A stretch of 64,000 nt of DNA from Penicillus capitatus (taxonomy: Eukaryota > Plantae > Chlorophyta), in NCBI GenBank assembly GCA_965649825.1, contig OZ287703.1, positions 1,204,740-1,268,739 on the forward strand, written 5' to 3'. A model generated the notes under the pieces. That model did no database searches and was not told where the DNA came from. It worked only from the letters and a program-made list of their open reading frames with translations. Shown in pieces: positions 47,325 through 58,700 of the stretch (positions within the stretch are counted from its first letter, which is position 1; each line of letters starts with the position of its first letter). The position numbers were made by a program, and so were the translations under genes.

Positions 47325-49042
47325 TCGCGGACCGTGTAATCCACTCCCATTTGCGCCGGCACTTCAAAGATCGTGGTTTTTCCGGTTATGCGGATCGGCT
47401 CCTTGCGATGATTCGTGAGTGTCAGCGTGGAGAAATTCTCGTACTGCACACCGAGATGGACTGAAAAATGTGGTGCAACAATAGGTGTCCTCTTGTGCGT
47501 CATCGACCTCGGGAGGACAATTGGCGTCTTGATCATCCTGCTCTCTGCCGGTCCGAGTACCACCGATCGGTTGAGCGGGATCTGGATCCTGTCTCCTTTG
47601 ACCCCTGGTAGATGGGTCACCTTTTCCGTGATTCTGCCCACCTCTTCGTGGATTATCTCATTGACCGCGTCCTTGTCAGCTTTGGGCCCCGCGAAGAGGC
47701 ACCTGACGTTCCGTCCTCGAATGCAGATCGAACGATTATGCGGGTGTGCCGAGATTTGGTTCTCAGCCATCGCATCGATTCCCAACAGCAGATCGTATCC
47801 TGGCTTCGGCAGCACCAGGCAATTCAAGTGAAAACCCTGGTTCGTCGATTTTTCGACGGCAACGTCCACTCCGCATCTGCCTGTGACCTTCGCCGTCTCT
47901 CCGTGAGCGAGCAGGAGTCGCGTCCCATCCGGCTTGACTTCCAGTCCAAGTTCCTTCGCTAAAGCAAGGGACATGATTGAGGATTCGGCCCCTGTATCGA
48001 CGAGCGCCTCTATCCTCCTCGGGTATCCGAGATGGCTTTGGGCCACCAGTCCCAGCTTCATGACTCGTCGGTTCTCTTTCTTTCCCGTTGCCTTGGCCAT
48101 ACAGGCGAAAGAGGTATCTTCTCCCATTATCTCCTCCTCTCCTTCGCTGAGCGTCTCGCATACATGCTCCCCGCTTCCTTCTGGTATCGCATTCTCCACT
48201 ACAAACGCACGACGTCCTCCCCATCTCCTTTGCTGCGTCGTCGGTCTGCGATTCCCTGCCGGCCCATCTCCTCCGTTTAGTATCTTTTGGAGGAATCGCA
48301 TCATATTTTGGGCTTCCCGGCGCGAGGTCTTGCAAATTTCGCGTGCCCCGACCATGACTCTTCCGGCGTTCGTAATCGCCGTGAAATTGATTGCTCCGTT
48401 TTGTCCTATGACTCGCCCATCAGTCGCGACGTTGGCCTGCACGACGCCCATGTCGATTTCCATCAGGTCCTCGTCTGTCTCCGCCTTCTGGGAGGTAGCA
48501 CTCGATTCCCAGAAACTTGCGTTTCTTAGGACGGTGCTCATATCTGCCACGGTTGCCGTGGCTGGCAGAGGTAACATGAGCTTCCTGAGGTTGTTCGGCA
48601 ACCTGCGGTATAGCGTCTTCACTTGCGTCTCTCTGGACGCTGCCGATCCCACGCACGTCGCCATGTAGCGGTCGACGAATTCCAGCCATGTTTCCCCCTT
48701 CGTCTTCGTCATCCGCCCTAGCTTTTCTTCCGCGGATAGCGTCGAGGCTGGGCATGCCCCGAGCGTGAGCTCCTTCACAACTCTCCACTTGTCTGCGGCT
48801 TCGACGTGTCCCAGGTTCGCGCCGAAAAAGGCGTGAACTGTTGCTGCCGCCCCTGCGAAAGCCGCATTGAAGGCGGCGAGTCCACTGAAGTGTGGCTCGA
48901 CACGCTCAAGGACCTGGCGTATGAGGTCGAAGGCTGGCGACCTAGGCTCGAGCCTTTGAACCAGGTACTTGACGCGAGGACGGTAGTCGTCCTCGACGAA
49001 AGCTGCAGCGTTGAGAAGGGACGCGAACTCGTCGCGGTCCAT
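47264..49042 (-). CDS. gag: Gag - aspartic protease - possible dUTPase-like domain
   Basis: Helical capsid-like region without a CCHC knuckle; IEALVDTGAESSIMS and YDLLLGIDAM protease motifs. ATG at 49042; an upstream ATG at 49069 overlaps the PBS. Confidence 0.88.
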   Translation of the reverse strand: MDRDEFASLLNAAAFVEDDYRPRVKYLVQRLEPRSPAFDLIRQVLERVEPHFSGLAAFNAAFAGAAATVHAFFGANLGHVEAADKWRVVKELTLGACPASTLSAEEKLGRMTKTKGETWLEFVDRYMATCVGSAASRETQVKTLYRRLPNNLRKLMLPLPATATVADMSTVLRNASFWESSATSQKAETDEDLMEIDMGVVQANVATDGRVIGQNGAINFTAITNAGRVMVGAREICKTSRREAQNMMRFLQKILNGGDGPAGNRRPTTQQRRWGGRRAFVVENAIPEGSGEHVCETLSEGEEEIMGEDTSFACMAKATGKKENRRVMKLGLVAQSHLGYPRRIEALVDTGAESSIMSLALAKELGLEVKPDGTRLLLAHGETAKVTGRCGVDVAVEKSTNQGFHLNCLVLPKPGYDLLLGIDAMAENQISAHPHNRSICIRGRNVRCLFAGPKADKDAVNEIIHEEVGRITEKVTHLPGVKGDRIQIPLNRSVVLGPAESRMIKTPIVLPRSMTHKRTPIVAPHFSVHLGVQYENFSTLTLTNHRKEPIRITGKTTIFEVPAQMGVDYTVRDCNGKQHQLRSTRRHFPTRQ

Positions 49043-49056
49043 TTTGGAAATACGCA

Positions 49057-49068
49057 GCTCCGAAACCA
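49057..49068 (-). promoter_or_regulatory. Primer-binding site, probably initiator tRNA-Met
   Basis: TGGTTTCGGAGC versus plant iMet PBS TGGTATCAGAGC (one mismatch, one G-U wobble), 2 nt from the LTR. Confidence 0.65.
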
Positions 49069-49070
49069 TT

Positions 49071-49252
49071 TGTGATACTCGAATTCAGAAACAAAGCAAG
49101 CAAACAGAGTGTGTTACAAAATACGAATCGTGTTTCTCGAACATCGTATTTATACTACTCAGCATGACGTTATGATGTCGTCATGCCTCTTGTAATGATG
49201 TGACTGATGTTTCTTCCTTTCCTCTTCCCGCTTCATCTTCAGATCCACGACA
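49071..49252 (-). repeat. 5' LTR (182 bp)
   Basis: Identical to 44353-44534; followed 2 nt later, on the minus strand, by the PBS. Confidence 0.97.
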
Positions 49253-52200
49253 GTATTGAAACAGTGTATTTTAAACGTTTTTGTAAACATCAGAAATCTT
49301 CATTCGTCATATTTATGCGAACATGACGTTGCTTGGCTCGTTCGTCCGTGCTCCATGACACTCACTGTCTCGGGTCACATAAATTGCAGAGTTCTATGAC
49401 AATCTGAAACGTAAGCAAACAATAATCGCGCGGAACATTGACCTCACACACATTGTGACAATACTCGATTATTCGAATGACCGAGGTTCTAATTTTATCC
49501 ACGTCCACAGAAATAGTACGCATAACAAGTATATTAATCAGTTCTTTTGCGAGATGCCCGTAGTTTGACGTCGTTTCTCTGAAGCTGATTCCCGAGATGT
49601 CTCTAACAACAGCAAAAATTATCAACCATTTGTCAGGATGTATTTTGCAAGCTAGACCTTCGCAATGGGTTCCATCGGGTGCCGCTGGAAGCGGCCATGG
49701 GAAATGTCTTCACCTTTGGGATCCGACGGCGTTTTTTCCGTTACAAGGTTTTGCCCCAAGGGTGGTCAGCGAGCCCTCACCTGTTGAGTTCATGAGCACG
49801 TGGGGGTAAGGGGGGTAAAATGTTCAAAATTAAACGCGACAGCGTATTGAAACAGTGTATTTTAAACGTTTTTGTAAACATCAGAAATCTTCATTCGTCA
49901 TATTTATGCGAACATGACGTTGCTTGGCTCGTTCGTCCGTGCTCCATGACACTCACTGTCTCGGGTCACATAAATTGCAGAGTTCTATGACAATCTGAAA
50001 CGTAAGCAAACAATAATCGCGCGGAACATTGACCTCACACACATTGTGACAATACTCGATTATTCGAATGACCGAGGTTCTAATTTTATCCACGTCCACA
50101 GAAATAGTACGCATAACAAGTATATTAATCAGTTCTTTTGCGAGATGCCCGTAGTTTGACGTCGTTTCTCTGAAGCTGATTCCCGAGATGTCTCTAACAA
50201 CGGCAAAAATTATCAACCATTTGTCAGGATGTATTTTGCAAGCTAGACCTTCGCAATGGGTTCCATCGGGTGCCGCTGGAAGCGGCCATGGGAAATGTCT
50301 TCGCCTTTGGGATCCGACGGCGTTTTTTCCGTTACAAGGTTTTGCCCCAAGGGTGGTCAGCGAGCCCTCACCTGTTGAGTTCATGAGCACGTGGGGGTAA
50401 GGGGGGTAAAATGTTCAAAATTAAACGCGACAGCGTATTGAAACAGTGTATTTTAAACGTTTTTGTAAACATCAGAAATCTTCATTCGTCATATTTATGC
50501 GAACATGACGTTGCTTGGCTCGTTCGTCCGTGCTCCATGACACTCACTGTCTCGGGTCACATAAATTGCAGAGTTCTATGACAATCTGAAACGTAAGCAA
50601 ACAATAATCGCGCGGAACATTGACCTCACACACATTGTGACAATACTCGATTATTCGAATGACCGAGGTTCTAATTTTATCCACGTCCACAGAAATAGTA
50701 CGCATAACAAGTATATTAATCAGTTCTTTTGCGAGATGCCCGTAGTTTGACGTCGTTTCTCTGAAGCTGATTCCCGAGATGTCTCTAACAACGGCAAAAA
50801 TTATCAACCATTTGTCAGGATGTATTTTGCAAGCTAGACCTTCGCAATGGGTTCCATCGGGTGCCGCTGGAAGCGGCCATGGGAAATGTCTTCGCCTTTG
50901 GGATCCGACGGCGTTTTTTCCGTTACAAGGTTTTGCCCCAAGGGTGGTCAGCGAGCCCTCACCTGTTGAGTTCATGAGCACGTGGGGGTAAGGGGGGTAA
51001 AATGTTCAAAATTAAACGCGACAGCGTATTGAAACAGTGTATTTTAAACGTTTTTGTAAACATCAGAAATCTTCATTCGTCATATTTATGCGAACATGAC
51101 GTTGCTTGGCTCGTTCGTCCGTGCTCCATGACACTCACTGTCTCGGGTCACATAAATTGCAGAGTTCTATGACAATCTGAAACGTAAGCAAACAATAATC
51201 GCGCGGAACATTGACCTCACACACATTGTGACAATACTCGATTATTCGAATGACCGAGGTTCTAATTTTATCCACGTCCACAGAAATAGTACGCATAACA
51301 AGTATATTAATCAGTTCTTTTGCGAGATGCCCGTAGTTTGACGTCGTTTCTCTGAAGCTGATTCCCGAGATGTCTCTAACAACGGCAAAAATTATCAACC
51401 ATTTGTCAGGATGTATTTTGCAAGCTAGACCTTCGCAATGGGTTCCATCGGGTGCCGCTGGAAGCGGCCATGGGAAATGTCTTCGCCTTTGGGATCCGAC
51501 GGCGTTTTTTCCGTTACAAGGTTTTGCCCCAAGGGTGGTCAGCGAGCCCTCACCTGTTGAGTTCATGAGCACGTGGGGGTAAGGGGGGTAAAATGTTCAA
51601 AATTAAACGCGACAGCGTATTGAAACAGTGTATTTTAAACGTTTTTGTAAACATCAGAAATCTTCATTCGTCATATTTATGCGAACATGACGTTGCTTGG
51701 CTCGTTCGTCCGTGCTCCATGACACTCACTGTCTCGGGTCACATAAATTGCAGAGTTCTATGACAATCTGAAACGTAAGCAAACAATAATCGCGCGGAAC
51801 ATTGACCTCACACACATTGTGACAATACTCGATTATTCGAATGACCGAGGTTCTAATTTTATCCACGTCCACAGAAATAGTACGCATAACAAGTATATTA
51901 ATCAGTTCTTTTGCGAGATGCCCGTAGTTTGACGTCGTTTCTCTGAAGCTGATTCCCGAGATGTCTCTAACAACGGCAAAAATTATCAACCATTTGTCAG
52001 GATGTATTTTGCAAGCTAGACCTTCGCAATGGGTTCCATCGGGTGCCGCTGGAAGCGGCCATGGGAAATGTCTTCGCCTTTGGGATCCGACGGCGTTTTT
52101 TCCGTTACAAGGTTTTGCCCCAAGGGTGGTCAGCGAGCCCTCACCTGTTGAGTTCATGAGCACGTGGGGGTAAGGGGGGTAAAATGTTCAAAATTAAACG

Positions 52201-55200
52201 CGACAGCGTATTGAAACAGTGTATTTTAAACGTTTTTGTAAACATCAGAAATCTTCATTCGTCATATTTATGCGAACATGACGTTGCTTGGCTCGTTCGT
52301 CCGTGCTCCATGACACTCACTGTCTCGGGTCACATAAATTGCAGAGTTCTATGACAATCTGAAACGTAAGCAAACAATAATCGCGCGGAACATTGACCTC
52401 ACACACATTGTGACAATACTCGATTATTCGAATGACCGAGGTTCTAATTTTATCCACGTCCACAGAAATAGTACGCATAACAAGTATATTAATCAGTTCT
52501 TTTGCGAGATGCCCGTAGTTTGACGTCGTTTCTCTGAAGCTGATTCCCGAGATGTCTCTAACAACGGCAAAAATTATCAACCATTTGTCAGGATGTATTT
52601 TGCAAGCTAGACCTTCGCAATGGGTTCCATCGGGTGCCGCAGGAAGCGGCCATGGGAAATGTCTTCGCCTTTGGGATCCGACGGCGTTTTTTCCGTTACA
52701 AGGTTTTGCCCCAAGGGTGGTCAGCGAGCCCTCACCTGTTGAGTTCATGAGCACGTGGGGGTAAGGGGGGTAAAATGTTCAAAATTAAACGCGACAGCGT
52801 ATTGAAACAGTGTATTTTAAACGTTTTTGTAAACATCAGAAATCTTCATTCGTCATATTTATGCGAACATGACGTTGCTTGGCTCGTTCGTCCGTGCTCC
52901 ATGACACTCACTGTCTCGGGTCACATAAATTGCAGAGTTCTATGACAATCTGAAACGTAAGCAAACAATAATCGCGCGGAACATTGACCTCACACACATT
53001 GTGACAATACTCGATTATTCGAATGACCGAGGTTCTAATTTTATCCACGTCCACAGAAATAGTACGCATAACAAGTATATTAATCAGTTCTTTTGCGAGA
53101 TGCCCGTAGTTTGACGTCGTTTCTCTGAAGCTGATTCCCGAGATGTCTCTAACAACGGCAAAAATTATCAACCATTTGTCAGGATGTATTTTGCAAGCTA
53201 GACCTTCGCAATGGGTTCCATCGGGTGCCGCTGGAAGCGGCCATGGGAAATGTCTTCGCCTTTGGGATCCGACGGCGTTTTTTCCGTTACAAGGTTTTGC
53301 CCCAAGGGTGGTCAGCGAGCCCTCACCTGTTGAGTTCATGAGCACGTGGGGGTAAGGGGGGTAAAATGTTCAAAATTAAACGCGACAGCGTATTGAAACA
53401 GTGTATTTTAAACGTTTTTGTAAACATCAGAAATCTTCATTCGTCATATTTATGCGAACATGACGTTGCTTGGCTCGTTCGTCCGTGCTCCATGACACTC
53501 ACTGTCTCGGGTCACATAAATTGCAGAGTTCTATGACAATCTGAAACGTAAGCAAACAATAATCGCGCGGAACATTGACCTCACACACATTGTGACAATA
53601 CTCGATTATTCGAATGACCGAGGTTCTAATTTTATCCACGTCCACAGAAATAGTACGCATAACAAGTATATTAATCAGTTCTTTTGCGAGATGCCCGTAG
53701 TTTGACGTCGTTTCTCTGAAGCTGATTCCCGAGATGTCTCTAACAACGGCAAAAATTATCAACCATTTGTCAGGATGTATTTTGCAAGCTAGACCTTCGC
53801 AATGGGTTCCATCGGGTGCCGCTGGAAGCGGCCATGGGAAATGTCTTCGCCTTTGGGATCCGACGGCGTTTTTTCCGTTACAAGGTTTTGCCCCAAGGGT
53901 GGTCAGCGAGCCCTCACCTGTTGAGTTCATGAGCACGTGGGGGTAAGGGGGGTAAAATGTTCAAAATTAAACGCGACAGCGTATTGAAACAGTGTATTTT
54001 AAACGTTTTTGTAAACATCAGAAATCTTCATTCGTCATATTTATGCGAACATGACGTTGCTTGGCTCGTTCGTCCGTGCTCCATGACACTCACTGTCTCG
54101 GGTCACATAAATTGCAGAGTTCTATGACAATCTGAAACGTAAGCAAACAATAATCGCGCGGAACATTGACCTCACACACATTGTGACAATACTCGATTAT
54201 TCGAATGACCGAGGTTCTAATTTTATCCACGTCCACAGAAATAGTACGCATAACAAGTATATTAATCAGTTCTTTTGCGAGATGCCCGTAGTTTGACGTC
54301 GTTTCTCTGAAGCTGATTCCCGAGATGTCTCTAACAACGGCAAAAATTATCAACCATTTGTCAGGATGTATTTTGCAAGCTAGACCTTCGCAATGGGTTC
54401 CATCGGGTGCCGCTGGAAGCGGCCATGGGAAATGTCTTCGCCTTTGGGATCCGACGGCGTTTTTTCCGTTACAAGGTTTTGCCCCAAGGGTGGTCAGCGA
54501 GCCCTCACCTGTTGAGTTCATGAGCACGTGGGGGTAAGGGGGGTAAAATGTTCAAAATTAAACGCGACAGCGTATTGAAACAGTGTATTTTAAACGTTTT
54601 TGTAAACATCAGAAATCTTCATTCGTCATATTTATGCGAACATGACGTTGCTTGGCTCGTTCGTCCGTGCTCCATGACACTCACTGTCTCGGGTCACATA
54701 AATTGCAGAGTTCTATGACAATCTGAAACGTAAGCAAACAATAATCGCGCGGAACATTGACCTCACACACATTGTGACAATACTCGATTATTCGAATGAC
54801 CGAGGTTCTAATTTTATCCACGTCCACAGAAATAGTACGCATAACAAGTATATTAATCAGTTCTTTTGCGAGATGCCCGTAGTTTGACGTCGTTTCTCTG
54901 AAGCTGATTCCCGAGATGTCTCTAACAACGGCAAAAATTATCAACCATTTGTCAGGATGTATTTTGCAAGCTAGACCTTCGCAATGGGTTCCATCGGGTG
55001 CCGCTGGAAGCGGCCATGGGAAATGTCTTCGCCTTTGGGATCCGACGGCGTTTTTTCCGTTACAAGGTTTTGCCCCAAGGGTGGTCAGCGAGCCCTCACC
55101 TGTTGAGTTCATGAGCACGTGGGGGTAAGGGGGGTAAAATGTTCAAAATTAAACGCGACAGCGTATTGAAACAGTGTATTTTAAACGTTTTTGTAAACAT

Positions 55201-55710
55201 CAGAAATCTTCATTCGTCATATTTATGCGAACATGACGTTGCTTGGCTCGTTCGTCCGTGCTCCATGACACTCACTGTCTCGGGTCACATAAATTGCAGA
55301 GTTCTATGACAATCTGAAACGTAAGCAAACAATAATCGCGCGGAACATTGACCTCACACACATTGTGACAATACTCGATTATTCGAATGACCGAGGTTCT
55401 AATTTTATCCACGTCCACAGAAATAGTACGCATAACAAGTATATTAATCAGTTCTTTTGCGAGATGCCCGTAGTTTGACGTCGTTTCTCTGAAGCTGATT
55501 CCCGAGATGTCTCTAACAACGGCAAAAATTATCAACCATTTGTCAGGATGTATTTTACAAGCTAGACCTTCGCAATGGGTTCCATCGGGTGCCGCTGGAA
55601 GCGGCCATGGGAAATGTCTTCGCCTTTGGGATCAGACGGCGTTTTTTCCGTTACAAGGTTTTGCCCCAAGGGTGGTCAGCGAGCCCTCACCTGTTGAGTT
55701 CATGAGCACG
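49253..55710. repeat. 591-bp tandem macrosatellite, about 10.9 near-identical copies; the first unit begins at about 44335, left of the retrotransposon
   Basis: Hairpin module at 49421 + n x 591 up to 55331 (11 copies); only scattered SNPs. Confidence 0.98.
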
Positions 55711-58700
55711 TTCTATATTGGATGTAGAGGATGTTCGAAGTGGAGGATCGAAGAAATTGGAAGCTAACCGCCGGGGCCTGAAGTTGATTTACCCTTTTGA
55801 GTTCACGAGCACGTTACTACATGGGGGTAAGCCGTCCTAATCCAACATAGAGGATGTTCGAAGAGGAGGATCGAAGATATTGGAAGCTAACCGCCGGGGC
55901 CTGAAGTTGATTTACCCTTTTGAGTTCATGAGCACGTTCTATATTGGATGTAGAGGATATTCGAAGTGGAGGATCGAAGAAATTGGAAGCTAACCGCCGG
56001 GGCCTGAAGTTGATTTACCCTTTTGAGTTCACGAGCACGTTCTATATTGGATGTAGAGGATATTCGAAGTGGAGGATCGAAGAAATTGGAAGCTAACCGC
56101 CGGGGCCTGAAGTTGATTTACCCTTTTGAGTTCACGAGCACGTTCTATATTGGATGTAGAGGATATTCGAAGTGGAGGATCGAAGAAATTGGAAGCTAAC
56201 CGCCGGGGCCTGAAGTTGATTTACCCTTTTGAGTTCACGAGCACGTTACTACATGGGGGTAAGCCGTCCTAATCCAACATAGAGGATGTTCGAAGAGGAG
56301 GATCGAAGATATTGGAAGCTAACCGCCGGGGCCTGAAGTTGATTTACCCTTTTGAGTTCATGAGCACGTTCTATATTGGATGTAGAGGATGTTCGAAGTG
56401 GAGGATCGAAGAAATTGGAAGCTAACCGCCGGGGCCTGAAGTTGATTTACCCTTTTGAGTTCACGAGCACGTTACTACATGGGGGTAAGCCGTCCTAATC
56501 CAACATAGAGGATGTTCGAAGAGGAGGATCGAAGATATTGGAAGCTAACCGCCGGGGCCTGAAGTTGATTTACCCTTTTGAGTTCATGAGCACGTTCTAT
56601 ATTGGATGTAGAGGATGTTCGAAGTGGAGGATCGAAGAAATTGGAAGCTAACCGCCGGGGCCTGAAGTTGATTTACCCTTTTGAGTTCACGAGCACGTTA
56701 CTACATGGGGGTAAGCCGTCCTAATCCAACATAGAGGATGTTCGAAGAGGAGGATCGAAGATATTGGAAGCTAACCGCCGGGGCCTGAAGTTGATTTACC
56801 CTTTTGAGTTCATGAGCACGTTCTATATTGGATGTAGAGGATATTCGAAGTGGAGGATCGAAGAAATTGGAAGCTAACCGCCGGGGCCTGAAGTTGATTT
56901 ACCCTTTTGAGTTCACGAGCACGTTACTACATGGGGGTAAGCCGTCCTAATCCAACATAGAGGATGTTCGAAGAGGAGGATCGAAGATATTGGAAGCTAA
57001 CCGCCGGGGCCTGAAGTTGATTTACCCTTTTGAGTTCATGAGCACGTTCTATATTGGATGTAGAGGATATTCGAAGTGGAGGATCGAAGAAATTGGAAGC
57101 TAACCGCCGGGGCCTGAAGTTGATTTACCCTTTTGAGTTCACGAGCACGTTACTACATGGGGGTAAGCCGTCCTAATCCAACATAGAGGATGTTCGAAGA
57201 GGAGGATCGAAGATATTGGAAGCTAACCGCCGGGGCCTGAAGTTGATTTACCCTTTTGAGTTCATGAGCACGTTCTATATTGGATGTAGAGGATATTCGA
57301 AGTGGAGGATCGAAGAAATTGGAAGCTAACCGCCGGGGCCTGAAGTTGATTTACCCTTTTGAGTTCACGAGCACGTTACTACATGGGGGTAAGCCGTCCT
57401 AATCCAACATAGAGGATGTTCGAAGAGGAGGATCGAAGATATTGGAAGCTAACCGCCGGGGCCTGAAGTTGATTTACCCTTTTGAGTTCATGAGCACGTT
57501 CTATATTGGATGTAGAGGATATTCGAAGTGGAGGATCGAAGAAATTGGAAGCTAACCGCCGGGGCCTGAAGTTGATTTACCCTTTTGAGTTCACGAGCAC
57601 GTTACTACATGGGGGTAAGCCGTCCTAATCCAACATAGAGGATGTTCGAAGAGGAGGATCGAAGATATTGGAAGCTAACCGCCGGGGCCTGAAGTTGATT
57701 TACCCTTTTGAGTTCATGAGCACGTTCTATATTGGATGTAGAGGATATTCGAAGTGGAGGATCGAAGAAATTGGAAGCTAACCGCCGGGGCCTGAAGTTG
57801 ATTTACCCTTTTGAGTTCACGAGCACGTTACTACATGGGGGTAAGCCGTCCTAATCCAACATAGAGGATGTTCGAAGAGGAGGATCGAAGATATTGGAAG
57901 CTAACCGCCGGGGCCTGAAGTTGATTTACCCTTTTGAGTTCATGAGCACGTTCTATATTGGATGTAGAGGATGTTCGAAGTGGAGGATCGAAGAAATTGG
58001 AAGCTAACCGCCGGGGCCTGAAGTTGATTTACCCTTTTGAGTTCACGAGCACGTTACTACATGGGGGTAAGCCGTCCTAATCCAACATAGAGGATGTTCG
58101 AAGAGGAGGATCGAAGATATTGGAAGCTAACCGCCGGGGCCTGAAGTTGATTTACCCTTTTGAGTTCATGAGCACGTTCTATATTGGATGTAGAGGATGT
58201 TCGAAGTGGAGGATCGAAGAAATTGGAAGCTAACCGCCGGGGCCTGAAGTTGATTTACCCTTTTGAGTTCACGAGCACGTTACTACATGGGGGTAAGCCG
58301 TCCTAATCCAACATAGAGGATGTTCGAAGAGGAGGATCGAAGATATTGGAAGCTAACCGCCGGGGCCTGAAGTTGATTTACCCTTTTGAGTTCATGAGCA
58401 CGTTCTATATTGGATGTAGAGGATATTCGAAGTGGAGGATCGAAGAAATTGGAAGCTAACCGCCGGGGCCTGAAGTTGATTTACCCTTTTGAGTTCACGA
58501 GCACGTTACTACATGGGGGTAAGCCGTCCTAATCCAACATAGAGGATGTTCGAAGAGGAGGATCGAAGATATTGGAAGCTAACCGCCGGGGCCTGAAGTT
58601 GATTTACCCTTTTGAGTTCATGAGCACGTTCTATATTGGATGTAGAGGATGTTCGAAGTGGAGGATCGAAGAAATTGGAAGCTAACCGCCGGGGCCTGAA

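Larger units (their letters stand above)
44353..49252 (-). mobile_element. Intact Ty3/gypsy (Metaviridae) LTR retrotransposon, 4900 bp
   Basis: Two identical 182-bp LTRs with TGT..ACA ends, PBS, gag-PR and RT-RH-IN ORFs without stops, flanking GTAT duplication; the empty site is seen in every 591-bp unit (ACAGC-GTAT-TGAAAC). Confidence 0.97.
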
